From assembly GCF_004010195.1 (NCBI RefSeq), contig NW_025215192.1, positions 34,557 through 70,000 of the forward strand: a stretch of DNA of 35,444 nt, read 5' to 3'. Below are positions 12,788 to 24,086 of the stretch, in pieces; the stretch's first letter is position 1; each line of letters begins with the position of its first letter. The notes beneath the pieces are model-generated. The model was given only the letters and a program-made list of their open reading frames with translations. It searched no databases and was not told where the DNA came from. This stretch comes from Chiloscyllium plagiosum. Lineage: Eukaryota. The position numbers and the translations under genes were made by a program.

Positions 12788-12983
12788 AAAAACAATGACT
12801 GCAGATGCTGGAAACCAGATTCTGGATTAGAGTGGTGCTGGAAAAGCACAGCAGTTCAGGCAGCATCCGAGGAGCAGGAAAATCAATGTTTCGGGCAAAA
12901 GCCCTTCATCAGGAATATAGTCGATTTTCCTGCTCCTCGGATGCTGCCTGAACTGCTGTGATTTTCCAGCACCACTCTAATCC
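12788..12983. mobile_element. PLE-derived inverted pseudo-LTR element, family A
   Basis: Inverted arms at 12824-12884 and 12923-12983, with a ~35-nt one-sided tail. The host LINE sequence is duplicated at 16/20 (12768-87 vs 12983-13002). Confidence 0.85.
12881..12916 (-). ncRNA. Minimal hammerhead ribozyme motif (family A, CpG-decayed helix III)
   Basis: auuc CUGAUGA A GGGC-UUUU-GCCC GAAA CA UU gauu. Confidence 0.6.
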
Positions 12984-13679
12984 CTTCAAAGATCAGCAAG
13001 GTGGCCTTTTTGTGGAGGCACAGACAATGGGGGAGATACTAAATGAATATTTGGCATCAGTATTTACTGTTGAAAAGGATAAGGAAGATATAGACTGTAG
13101 GGAAATAGATGGTGACATCTTGCAAAATGTCCAGATTACAGAGGAGGAAGTGCTGGATGTCTTGAAATGGTTAAAGGTGGATAAATCCCCAGGACTTGAT
13201 CAGGTGTACCTGAGAACTCGGTAGGAAGCTAGAGAAGTGATTGCTGGGCCTCTTGCTGAGATATTTGTATCATCGATAGTCACAGGTGAGGTGCCGGAAG
13301 ACTGGAGGTTGGCAAACGTGGTGCCACTATTTAAGAAGAGCGGTAAAGACAAACCAGGGAACTATAGACCGATGAGCCTGACCTCAGTGGTGGGTAAGTT
13401 GTTGGAGGGAATCCTGAGGGACAGGGTGTACATGTATTTGGAAAGGCAAGGACTCATTAGGAATAGTCAGCATGACTTTGTGCATGGGAAATCACGTCTC
13501 ACAAACTTGATTGAGTTTTTTGAAGAAGTAACAAAGAAGGTTGATGAGGGCAGAGCAGTAAATGTGATCTATATGGACTTCAGTAAGGCGTTCGACAAGG
13601 TTCCCCATGGGAGACTGATTAGCAAGTTTAGATCTCACGGAATACAGGGAGAACTAGCCATTTGGATACAGAACTGGCT

Positions 13680-14197
13680 NNNNNNNNNNNNNNNNNNNNN
13701 NNNNNNNNNNNNNNNNNNNNNNNNNNNNNNNNNNNNNNNNNNNNNNNNNNNNNNNNNNNNNNNNNNNNNNNNNNNNNNNNNNNNNNNNNNNNNNNNNNNN
13801 NNNNNNNNNNNNNNNNNNNNNNNNNNNNNNNNNNNNNNNNNNNNNNNNNNNNNNNNNNNNNNNNNNNNNNNNNNNNNNNNNNNNNNNNNNNNNNNNNNNN
13901 NNNNNNNNNNNNNNNNNNNNNNNNNNNNNNNNNNNNNNNNNNNNNNNNNNNNNNNNNNNNNNNNNNNNNNNNNNNNNNNNNNNNNNNNNNNNNNNNNNNN
14001 NNNNNNNNNNNNNNNNNNNNNNNNNNNNNNNNNNNNNNNNNNNNNNNNNNNNNNNNNNNNNNNNNNNNNNNNNNNNNNNNNNNNNNNNNNNNNNNNNNNN
14101 NNNNNNNNNNNNNNNNNNNNNNNNNNNNNNNNNNNNNNNNNNNNNNNNNNNNNNNNNNNNNNNNNNNNNNNNNNNNNNNNNNNNNNNNNNNNNNNNN
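13680..14197. other. Assembly gap (518 N)
   Basis: Run of n inside the LINE RT region. Confidence 1.
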
Positions 14198-14779
14198 CTT
14201 ATAGAGGTTTACAAAATTATGAGGGGCATGGATAGGGTAAATAGACAAAGTCTGGGGTCGGGGAGTCCAGAACTAGAGGGCATACGTTTAGGATGAGAGG
14301 GGAAAGATATAAAAGAGACCTGAGGGCCAGACTTTTCCACACAGAGAAATGAGCTGCCAGAGGAAGTGGTGGAGGCTGGTACAACTGCAATATTTAAAAG
14401 GCATTTGGATGGGTCTATGAATAGGAAGGGTTTGAAGGAAAATGGGCCTGGTGCTCGCAGGTGGGACTAGATTGTGTTGGGATATCTGGCCAGCATGAAC
14501 AGGTTGGATCGAAGGGTCTGTTTCCATGCTGTACATCTCTACGACTCTATGGCTCTAAATGTTACATAGTTTTGAACAAGCCTTGCCATTTGGCACAGAC
14601 ACTAAGCCAGTCATGATCATCAGCAGTTCTCAGTGAAATCAAGGCAGTCAACCTTCAGTTAGGGGGTATCATTACAGTCAGTCAAGTGCAGAGTTCGATA
14701 TCAGCCCAGATGCTTGGATACAGTCAGTTGGCCACTCGGGACAGTCAGGGTTGGGATGCTCTCCTTATTGGACATGCGG

Positions 14780-15625
14780 AGTCAAATTTCAGGCAGCACA
14801 GCATCTGCTGTAGCTCCTTTTGCCCTAATGTGGGCTGTTTTCCCTGGGAATGTGAAAAAGGGGAGGAATTGGGTGAACTGAAAGTGATGTTAGCCACACC
14901 TAGATTAGATTAGATTAGATTACTTACAGTGTGGAAACAGGCCCTTCGGCCCAACAAGTCCACACCGCCCCGCCGAAACGCAACCCACCCATACCCCTAC
15001 ATTTACCCCTTACCTAACACTACGGGCAATTTAGCATGGCCAATTCACCTGACCTGCACATCTTTGGACTGTGGGAGGAAACCAGAGCACCCGGAGGAAA
15101 CCCACGCAGACACGGGGAGAACGTGCAAACTCCACACAGTCAGTCGCCTGAGGCGGGAATTGAACCCGGGTCTCTGGCGCTGTGAGGCAGCAGTGCTAAC
15201 CACTGTGCCACCGTGCCGCCCACCTGTGAGTGATTTTTCTGGTGCGGGAAAGTTGATGATGAGGTGCCCCAAGTGAGTTGCTCAGTCATTCAGGGGAGGA
15301 GAGAGGGCTTTGGGCTGGGTGAGAGCGAGTGAGGGAAGATGTCACATGTAGTCGTGCGAAGGTTGGAACCTTTGTAAGAGGTAAATGCAGGAGTGGAGAC
15401 ATAGGGAGTGTGAGGTGGTAAAGAAAACATGGTGGCTCTTGCTCTGGCAGAACGGAGAAAGTCATTGAAAATTCCCGATTACAGAGACTGCAATGACCCA
15501 GGTGGCATCTTTGGAGAAGTCTGGCTGGTTTTTACAATCTGACCTCAACTGTTGGTCCTGATAGATGTCCCTGTTCTGTAGCAATTTATCCACCAGGACC
15601 CATCTGCAAAGTCTGTGGGGAGGAG
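14780..15625 (-). pseudogene. Decayed Myb/SANT-like gene remnant (Harbinger-type), two exon-like pieces
   Basis: Frameshifted minus-strand pieces FAD..VLVDKLLQNRDI, TWVIA and FNDFLRSAR (15440-15610). After a ...cccag acceptor comes KTAHIRAK (~14820-14850). The order resembles MSANTD/Harbinger Myb domains. Confidence 0.35.
14902..15220 (-). mobile_element. HE1-type V-SINE, near full length
   Basis: A-box TGGCACAGTGG, B-box GGTTCAATTCC, V-domain GTGTGGAGTTTGCACGTTCTCCCCGTG..., (AATCT)n tail, and CACCT on both flanks. Confidence 0.93.
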
Positions 15626-16129
15626 GGGTGGGAGCGTACCAGAAATTTCTCTTTTCTGTCACATCTCGGGCAAATGCTACAAACCATACAGGACATCTCT
15701 GGACTAACAGCACTTGACCATGCGCACAATGACCTTTGAAAGATGGCACAAGTACCAGAGGCAGGGGTCTGGTCTGAGATATCCCAGCAATGGTATGCTC
15801 TTTCAGGGCAGGGTGAGTGGTAGAATTGGGCTAGTATTAAACATGAGAGGAGACCGGGGGCAGAATGAGGGGTGAGTTTGGGATGACTGAATGAGCAAAA
15901 CCACTAGGCCTTGCAGGGGAAAACTCTTTATGAAACTCAACGAAAGTGACACTTAACCAAAAAAAAATGGAAGCTTTAGCACATGCAATCTGAAAGATGC
16001 TTCAAGGGATAATAATGCATACTGAACTCGTTTATCTGAATGGCCTCTAACTCCAAGTCATATGGGGAACTAAGTTGCTTAACATAAATATGTTAACAGT
16101 GTGGAGAACAGATAGCTTTCTGCATATAA

Positions 16130-16400
16130 ACGAAAACCTGAATTTATATGCTGCCTTTCCCAACACCATCATGTCCTAAAACACTCAATAGCCAACACAT
16201 TACTTCTGAAGTGTAGTCACTATTATAGGCTTGAAATACAGCTGTTAATTTGTGCTCTGCAGGATCCCATAAACATGCGTGTTTGGTAATGAGCACACAA
16301 TCTGATTTTTAATGATATTGACTCAGAGATAAATAGTGAAGAGGGAAAATGCCCCACTCCCCTTTTCAGAACAAGTCTTGGGAATTTTTGTATGTGTTTA
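16130..16400 (-). mobile_element. Deu-domain SINE remnant
   Basis: TACTTCTGAAGTGTAGTCACT...GGATCCCATAAAC...GATAAATA is shared with ~2020 and ~26140. Confidence 0.55.
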
Positions 16401-18055
16401 TTGCATTATTTGTAGACAGAGCCTCTGATAGCACAACGCTCCTTTCGTCACACTGGGGGATGGTGGTGGGTGGTGGGGGGATGGTGGTGGGGGGATGGAA
16501 TGTGTGGTGCAACAGCTCGGGTTTCTGTGCTCATGTCCTGTTTGAGCCAACAATTCACTGAATCATGGCCAACACTTAAATCAAAAATCCACTCGCTTCA
16601 CATATCAAAAACTCAAGGCCTATGCTGGATGAAAGGCAAGAAAGAAAGGCACAGGGAAATTAGAAAGCAGAACTTGAACTGCAAACAGGAAAGCCAAAAG
16701 ATTTGTTGTCATCAAATCTTCCTTATTAGGGTAAAGAGAACGAAACAAAGCTTAAAATGTCTGTGAAAAGCAAGCATTCTTTCTCCACAACTGTTGTGAA
16801 ATTTTCTCAGTGACTGTCTTATTTGGAACCTTTCTCCCTTTTTAAAATTTAGCAGGTATATTTTAGTCAAAATTAAGCAGTATTTTATTCCCATGTGTAG
16901 ATATTCCTGTGTGATATCTACAGGATTAGCTCCAAATTGACACCATTGATCAAGAAACCAACCTGTCTGGTTAGCACCGGACATTGATCAGTTTGAGCTT
17001 CTTGCATAAAACTCTGAATTTTCATATGTCCGGGTGTTAATCTTATGTTTATCTATTCACTACTTTGTTTCTGTTCTGGTTCCCTGTCACATATGGCATG
17101 GCTGATACAGTGTCCCCTGGAAACAGTTGCTGTGTGTTGTTGAAGTGTGTGGGTGGGACTGAACTGTTGACCACACTGCTCTTACTCAGATAAATAGCAG
17201 CTCAAGAGTGCTGGGGTGGAAGTAGTGCTGTAATCAAGTTCGCGCAAGAGAGTAGATGACAGTCAGTAGCTGTCCAACATATAGTCTTCAAGTGAATCGA
17301 AACTCTATGAAATGTGAGTGATGACTTTTATGCTGTGTTGAAAATGCCATAATGCTAAGTATGCTTCTCTTTTGAACTCTTAACACCTTAATTTTATATG
17401 TAAATTGCAGACTAATTTGTTTGAATGCCAGGTGGCTGTCACAAATTTCAGAATTAATTAATTTTATAGCATTGAAGGAGAACATTTGGCCCATCATAAT
17501 TGTGCTAACTCTTTGAAAGGTTTATCCAATTTTCTCCTGTTTTCTTCCAAAGGCCCTGAAAATTTTGCTTTTTCAAATATTTTCTAAGACTGTCTCGATT
17601 GTTGCTAATGTATTTGTTTCCGCTATCCTTTCAGACAACATCTTCTAGATTATAACAATACACTACCCAAAAAACTCCACATCCCTCCTTTGATTAGTTT
17701 GCTAATTTATTTTAAATCAGTGTCTCACATTTCCCATCATTAGAAACAGTCTATTGTGTCACTGTTCAAATTAACTTTACAGTATTTCCTAAACTCAATA
17801 TTTCTCAACATTCTGGAATGTCCTGGAATGTTCTTTACTCAATTTTACATTGGTGTTGAAATCACAATATGAATAATAGATGACTAGCTGGTATTGTCAG
17901 GTATGTTGTCATAATGTACTGTCCATTTTCATTGAGATAATGGTTATCATAATTTTGTGAAGGATAAGCTTCCATTTAAATAGCTTTGCGTGCTGCTAAA
18001 TATTGTTCCAGGCTCAACATTAGCAGTCCCCGAGTTTAGATCACATTGTTGATGT

Positions 18056-18244
18056 GGAGATGCTGGTGTTGAAGTGGCGTGGGCAAAGTCAGAAGTCACA
18101 CAACACCAGGTTATAATCGCAACAGGTTTATTTGAAATCACAAGCTTTCAGAGCGCTGCTCCTTCGTCAGGTGAAAGATTGTGATTTCAAATAAACTTGT
18201 CGGACTCCAACCTGGTGTCACGTGACTTTCGACTTTGTCCATGC
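18056..18244. mobile_element. PLE-derived inverted pseudo-LTR element, family B variant
   Basis: Inverted arms at ~18082-18149 and ~18173-18240, a one-sided tail, and a TGTTGATGT direct repeat at 18047-55 and 18245-53. Confidence 0.85.
18138..18174 (-). ncRNA. Minimal hammerhead ribozyme motif (family B), core intact
   Basis: UCAC CUGACGA A GGAGC-AGC-GCUCU GAAA GC UU GUGA: 4-bp stem I, 5-bp stem II and an AGCU palindrome. Confidence 0.7.
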
Positions 18245-19253
18245 TGTTGATGTTTTACATTGAGAGGTCTGATCAACAGACCAAAAACGGTGAGGAGAAG
18301 AGCTGAAAGGACTAGGAGGTGGTCTAAAGCAGGTTGAATCAGGAGATCTGTGGTTAAAATGATGCCAAACCTGGTTTGTTGGGAGCCTGTTGGTTGTTTG
18401 CCAAAGGGAAGTCTGAGTAAGATATGGAGTGTCTCAATCCTGGGTCCTGGTAAAAACAAATGTTCAGGATGTAGCCTGCTTCAGAACCTCCCAAAACTGT
18501 GACCTCTACCTGCAAGGACCAGGAAACTTGGGAAGATCACTGTCTCCAAGTCATACACATCTGGAATTATATCGCTGTTCCTTCACTGTTGCTCGAGGTC
18601 GACATGCTAGAATCCTCCTGTACTCAGAGAGTGTAGCTGCAACACACATTTGCAGTGATTCAAGAAAACAGTTCACTGTGACCTTCTCAAGCTGAAATAG
18701 GCTGACATTGCTAATTAATGCAATTGCAGCAGATTAGTTGCAAGCAGTTTCAAATGTTTCCCGCATTACAGGTTTGAGTTCAATATTTGGATGCAATACA
18801 TATAGCCATATGGGTTTAAAAATGATTTCAAATTCTTATAATCTTGCTGTACTCTAACCAGAGGATAAGGCTTAATTAACGTGCCACCTATAAAGCTGGA
18901 GTCACAAGTAGACATGATATTGAAGAAGGCATTTGGTACACTTGCTTTTATTGGTCAGTGCATGTGCATGACATTGTTTAGGCCACTTGTGGAATACTGC
19001 GCTCAGTTCTGGTGTTCCTGCTGTAGCAAAGATGTTGTTAAACTTGTAAGGGTTCAGAAAATATTTTGCAAGAATGTTGCCGGTGTTGGAGGCTTTGAGC
19101 TATAGGGAGAGGTTGACTTGGCTGGGACTTCTTTCCCTGGAGCATCGGAGGCTGAGGGATGACCTTATAGAGGTTTATACAATCGTGAGGGGCATGGATA
19201 GGGAAAATAGATAAGGTGTTGTGGTTCTGTTCGCCGAGCTGGAAATTTTTGTT

Positions 19254-19293
19254 GCAAATGTTTCGTCCCCTGTCTAGGTGACATCCTCAGTGC
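19254..19293 (-). ncRNA. Minimal hammerhead motif (family C)
   Basis: GCA CUGAGGA U GUC-A-CCU-AGAC-AGG-G-GAC GAAA CA UU UGC. Confidence 0.65.
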
Positions 19294-19677
19294 TTGGGAG
19301 CCTCCTGTGAAGCGCTTCTGTGGTGTTTCCTCCGGCATTTATAGTGGCCAGTCCCTGTCGCTTCCGGTTGTCAGTTTCAGCTGTCTGCTGTAGTGGCCGG
19401 TATATTGGGTCCAGGTCTATGTGTTTGTCGGTGGAGTTTGTGGATGAGTGCCATGCTTTTAGGAATTCCCTGGCTGTTCTTTGTTTGGCTTGCCCTATAA
19501 TGGTAGTGTTGTCCCAGTCGAATTCATGTTGCTTGTCGTCTGCGTGTGTGGCTACTAGGGATAGCTGGTCGTGTCGTTTCATGGCTGTTGATGTTCATGG
19601 ATGCGGATCGTTAGCTGTCTTCCTGTTTGTCCTATATAGTGTTTTGTGCAGTCCTTGCATGGGATTTTGTACACTAC
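19274..19677 (-). pseudogene. PLE GIY-YIG endonuclease domain remnant
   Basis: VVYKIPCKDCTKHYIGQTGRQLTIRIHEHQ, a 1-nt frameshift at ~19586, then MKRHDQLSLVATH..HEFDWDNTTII..REFLKAWH..PIYRPL..STEDVT*. Confidence 0.9.
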
Positions 19678-19971
19678 ACACACCAAGTCCTGAACTATGA
19701 AAGCAACCACCCCAACACACACAAACGAAGTTGCATCAAGACACTATTCAAAAGGGCCACAACACACTGCAGCACACCAGAACTGCAAAAAGAGGAAGAG
19801 GAACACCTATACAAGGTATTCGCCAAAAACAGATACCCGCGCAATTTCATCAAAAGATGCCTAAGGGAAAGACAACAGAACGAGGACATGCCGCAACCCA
19901 AAGGACTAGCCACACTACCAGACATCAAGAACATCTCTGAAATGACAGCCAGACTACTGCGACCACGAGGA
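19678..19971 (+). pseudogene. PLE RT thumb/linker remnant, inverted relative to the endonuclease piece
   Basis: QVLNYESNHPNTHKRSCIKTLFKRATTHCS..EEEHLYKVFAKNRYPRNFI..LATLPDIKNISE. Confidence 0.88.
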
Positions 19972-20160
19972 TTGCAGATGATACAAAGGTTGGAGGTGTT
20001 GTTGACAGTATAGAGGGCAGTTGTAGGCTGCAGCGAGACATTGACAGGATGCAGAGATGGGCTGAGAGGTGGCAGATGGAGTTCAACCTGGATAAATGTG
20101 AGGTGTTGCATTTTGGAAGGTCGAATTTGAAAGCTGAGTACAGGATTAAGGATAGGATGC
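19972..20160 (+). mobile_element. Captured CR1 RT fragment inside the PLE composite
   Basis: ADDTKVGGVVDSIEG..LQRDIDRMQRWAERWQMEFNLDKCEVLHFGR. Confidence 0.9.
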
Positions 20161-20273
20161 TGTGGTTCTGTTTGCCGAGCTGGAAGTTTTTGTTGCAAAC
20201 GTTTCGTCCCCTGTCTAGGTGACTATAAATGCCGGAGGAAACACCACAGAAGCGCTTCACAGGAGGCTCCCAA

Positions 20274-20313
20274 GCACTGAGGATGTCACCTAGACAGGGG
20301 ACGAAACATTTGC
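20274..20313 (+). ncRNA. Minimal hammerhead motif (family C)
   Basis: Identical in sequence to the 19254-19293 motif. CUGAGGA at 20277-83, GAAA at 20303-06. Confidence 0.65.
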
Positions 20314-20826
20314 AACAAAAATTTCCAGCTCGGCGAACAGAACCACAACAATGAGCACCCGAGCTACAAATCTTCACCCAAACTTTGAATAGATAAGGTA
20401 TTTTCCAAATGGTAAGGGAGTCCAAAACAACAGTGCAAAGGTTGAATGTGAGGGAAAAGATATAAAAGGGGACCTAAGGGACAACGTTTTCATGCAGAGG
20501 GTGGTGAGTGTACAGAATGAGCTACCAGAGGAAGTGGTGGAGGCTGGCACAATTACAACATTTAAAAGGCATCTGGATGGGTATATGAATAGGAGGGGCT
20601 TAGAGGGATATGGGCCAAATGCTGGCAAACTAGATTAGATTAGATTAATTTGGGATATCCGGTTAGCATGGATGATTTGGACCAAAAGGTCTGCTTCCAT
20701 GCTGTATAGCTCCATGTCTCTAATTGCTAACAACTCTCCTGGCTGCAGTATTATATAGGGCTACAGAACCTGCATGAAGAGCACTTTTCATGATTTCAAG
20801 ATCTCTATAACCATTTTACAATTAAT

Positions 20827-21091
20827 TTTAAAAATCACACAACACCAGGTTACAGTCCAACGCGTTTATTTGAAAGCACTAGCTTTTGGAGCACTGCTCC
20901 TTCATCAGGTGGTTGTGGCATATAAGATCAGGTGGTTGTGGCATATAACATCATATAATCCACACCAGATGATGAAGAAGTTGTGCTCCAAAAGCTAGTG
21001 CTTCCAAATAAACCTGTTTGACTGTAACCTGGTGTTGTGTGATTTTGAACTTTGTCCACCCCAGTCCACCACTGGCATCTCCAAATCATTC
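20827..21091. mobile_element. PLE-derived inverted pseudo-LTR element, family B (decayed hammerheads, G12 to A)
   Basis: Inverted arms, a right-hand tail, CAATTAAT direct repeats (20819-26, 21092-99) and an internal duplication of ATCAGGTGGTTGTGGCATATAA. Confidence 0.85.
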
Positions 21092-21382
21092 CAATTAATC
21101 AGCTGATTTGAAGTAGGGTCACTGCCACACTTTAGGAACCTCGACAGATGAACTTTCGTACAGCAAACTCCCACAAACAGGAAGGTGAATATGGCCAAAT
21201 AATTTGTCCTAGTGGTGATGTAGATTTATGGTAGTTGGCAAAAGAATGGGGAGGAGATTTCTTTGTAAACTCAGTGAGCTATTATGGCTCAGATTGTACT
21301 ACTGATGATACAATTTCAATGTTAACTTTTTCCAAATCAGGAAATTAGAGCAGGAATAGGCAATTCAGTCCCTGGAACCAAC

Positions 21383-22277
21383 TAGAGTCATAGAGTCAGA
21401 GAAATGTACAGCACGGAAACAGAACCTCTGGTCCAACCTGTCCATGCCAACCAGATATCCCAACCTAATCTAGTCCCACCTGCCAGCACTTGGCCCATAT
21501 CCTTCTAAACCCTTCCTATTCATATATCCATCCAGATGCCTTTTAAATGTTGCAATTGTACCAGCCTCCACCACATCCTCTGGTTGCTCATTCCATACAT
21601 GTACCACCCTCTGCGTGAAAAAGTTGCCCCTTATGTCCCTTTTATATCTTTCCCCTCTCACCCTAAACCTATGCCCTCTAGTTCTGGACTCCCTGATCCC
21701 ATGGAAAAGACTTTGCCTATTTACCCCATCCATGCCCCTCATAATTTTGTAAACCTCTATAAGGTCACCCCTCATCCTCCAACTCTCCAGGGAAAACAGC
21801 CCCAGCCTGTTTAGCCTCTCCTTATAGCTCAAATCCTCCAACCCTGGCAACATCCTTGTAAATATTTTCTGAAACCTTACAAGTTTAACAACATCCATCC
21901 AACAGGAAAGACACCAAAATTGTACGCAATATTCCAAAAGTGGTCTAACCAACTTTCTCTACAGCTGCAACATGACATCCCAACTCCTGTACTCAATACT
22001 CTGACCAATAAAGGAAAGCATACCAAACATCTTCTTCACTATTCTATCTACCTGTGATTCTGTGTTCAATGAACTATGAACCTGCACTCCAAGGTCTCTT
22101 TGTTCAGCAACACTTCCTAGCACCTTACTATTAAGTGTATAAGTCCGGCTAAGATTTGTTTTTCGCCTCGCATTTATCTAAATTAAACTCCATCTATCAC
22201 TCCTCAGCTCATTGGCCCATCTGAACAAGATCCCGTTGTACTCTGAGGTAACCTTCTTGGTTGTCCACAACACCTTT
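21383..22277 (-). mobile_element. HER1/CR1 3' portion
   Basis: VRPLLEYCVQFW..RGDLIEVYKIMRG..TRGHRFRVRG..FFTQRVVHVWN, with a TAGAGTCA tail repeat. Confidence 0.95.
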
Positions 22278-22469
22278 AAACCTCTTGCTTAAAAAGAATT
22301 TAACCTCAACCTTAAAAAGAGAGTTCTAAAGGCTCATGAGAGACTCTGAGAAAAAAAAGAAATTGCCTCATTTCTGTTTTAAACAGTGACCCCCCTCAGA
22401 ACCTCATATGATTCAATCAAGTTGTCTTTTTCTCCTCTAAACTCAAGCAAGTACAAGTCTAGCCAGTAC

Positions 22470-22570
22470 AAAACAAAATCAGAACTTGCTGGAGAAACGC
22501 AGCAGGTCTGGCAGCATCAGTGATGAGAAAGCAGAGTTAATGTTTCGGGTTCAGTGACCCTTCTTTAGAT
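22470..22570 (-). mobile_element. Single PLE pLTR remnant (family D) with a mutated hammerhead core
   Basis: Minus strand reads CUAAAGA A GGGUC-ACU-GAACCC GAAA CA UU AAC. The downstream GCTGCCAGACCTGCTG is related to family A. Confidence 0.6.
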
Positions 22571-24086
22571 TTTATTTTGTCTACTCAGTCTCATAAGACT
22601 ACCTTTTATTCCAGGTATTAGTCTGGTAAATGCTTTCTGAAATGTCCCCAATGTATTTACCTCCTTCCTCAAATAAGGTGACTAATACTATGCGGATTAC
22701 TCCAGATGTGGTCTTTCAAACCTTTTGTGATGCATGAAGTCACCCAGAGCCTCTGCACCTTAGAGCTTGTAGAATTCCCTCTCTTTAATTATTTAAAATA
22801 GCCTTGGACCCATTCTTTCCCCCCCAAAACTGAATGTAAGATTAAATCACATCATAGTCATTACCACCTAAGAGGAACCTTCATTATAAGATTATTATTC
22901 CATTTTACTATACAATACCAGGTCTACTACAGCCTGTTTTCTGTGTAGCTCCAGAACATTTAATTGCGAGGAGGTTCCCTGCACTTCTTTGTTCTTCTGG
23001 ATTTTCAACAAAATTACCACTTCCTGAGCAGCGCAATCAAAATTTACACCTGATGGTAAAGATAAATCTGCTATCAGACACTGAGCACTCATTTCCCATT
23101 CTTAAAACTGGACAAATATTTGTTGACCTTTTTTCACGGTAGGGTTATGCATTCCACGTTCCTCAATTAGGGCTTCAGATTCAAATATTTTATTCCTTGT
23201 TTCAAACAAAACACTGATTTCTCTGCCTGGACATTGTTTCATTTACCTTTAACCACTTCGCATTTTTCACGATTTTCTGAAAAAAAAAAGGAAGAATGCT
23301 GCTACATCCCTTTCCTCAAATTTTGATGGTGCCTGCACAAACTTAATTATTTCCCTCCTGGATTTTATGAATTGGATGACCCCCCTCAGTGCCCTCCCTG
23401 CTTTGAGGTCTCCTTTTGTTAATCCAGGCTTAAATTCATTTTCTTTCTCTCTCTATTGAATCTCTGGACCCAGCTTTCTTGTTTCCATTTCCCTTCTTTT
23501 TAATTCCAATTACCATTCCTTGTCCTTTCACTCCCTTTCCTAGCTTCTTTTCTTCATATTCAAATCTGCTTTGACTGGAACTCTACAGCCAAGTGGTATT
23601 ATTGCCGGACTGTTTATCCAGAAACCCCAGTTAATATTCAGGGGACCTGTGATCAAATCCTGCCATCAGGGATGATGGAATTTGAATTCAATAAGAGTCT
23701 GGAATTTAAGAGTCTAATGATGACCATGAATCCATTGTCGATGATTGGGAAAACCCATCTGGTTCACTGATGTCCTTTAAGGAAGGACATCCTTACCTGG
23801 TCAGACTTACTTGTGACTCCACACCTACAGCAATGTGATTGACTCTTCACTGCCCTGGATTAGATTATTTACAGTGTGGAAGCAGGCCCTTCGGCCCAAC
23901 AAGTCCACACCGACCCTCCGAAGAGCAACCCACCCAGACCCACTCCTCAACATTTACCCCTTCATCTAACACTATGGGCAATTTTGCGTGGCCAATTCAC
24001 CTAACCTGCACATTTTTGGACTGTGGGAGGAAACTGGAGCACCCGGAGGAAACCCATGCAGACACGAGGAGAATGTGCCTGAGGGG

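Larger units (their letters stand above)
11620..14557 (+). mobile_element. Long HER1/CR1 LINE (APE+RT ORF2, disrupted), containing the PLE insert and the assembly gap
   Basis: APE start (CIYFNARGL at ~11665) and RT motifs PEDWRLANVVPLFKK..PGNYRP..IYMDFSKAFDKVPH. Ends in the CTCTACGACTCTATGGCTCTA tail. Internal stops and frameshifts. Confidence 0.95.
19218..20387. mobile_element. Penelope-like (Poseidon-type) rearranged composite insertion, family C
   Basis: 12-bp TSD at 19206-17 and 20388-99. Inverted outer pLTRs at 19217-19345 and 20222-20350. Contains GIY-YIG and RT-linker coding remnants. Confidence 0.92.
18886..20720 (+). mobile_element. HER1/CR1 3' fragment (18886-19217 plus 20400-20720), split by the PLE composite
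   Basis: KKAFGTLAFI..RPLVEYCAQFW peptide. The LINE resumes after the 12-bp duplication AATAGATAAGGT. Confidence 0.9.

Noticed and set aside
13237..14248. Long ORFs crossing the N run; an active LINE
   Set aside because: The length comes from the gap, and the LINE has stops, frameshifts and a PLE insertion.
14902..15220. Genuine tRNA genes at SINE heads
   Set aside because: The A/B boxes run directly into V-domain bodies and LINE-like tails, so these are SINEs.
20877..21000. Active hammerheads in this element and at 22536-22570
   Set aside because: Catalytic core positions are mutated (GAAA to AAAA; CUGA to AUGA or CUAA).
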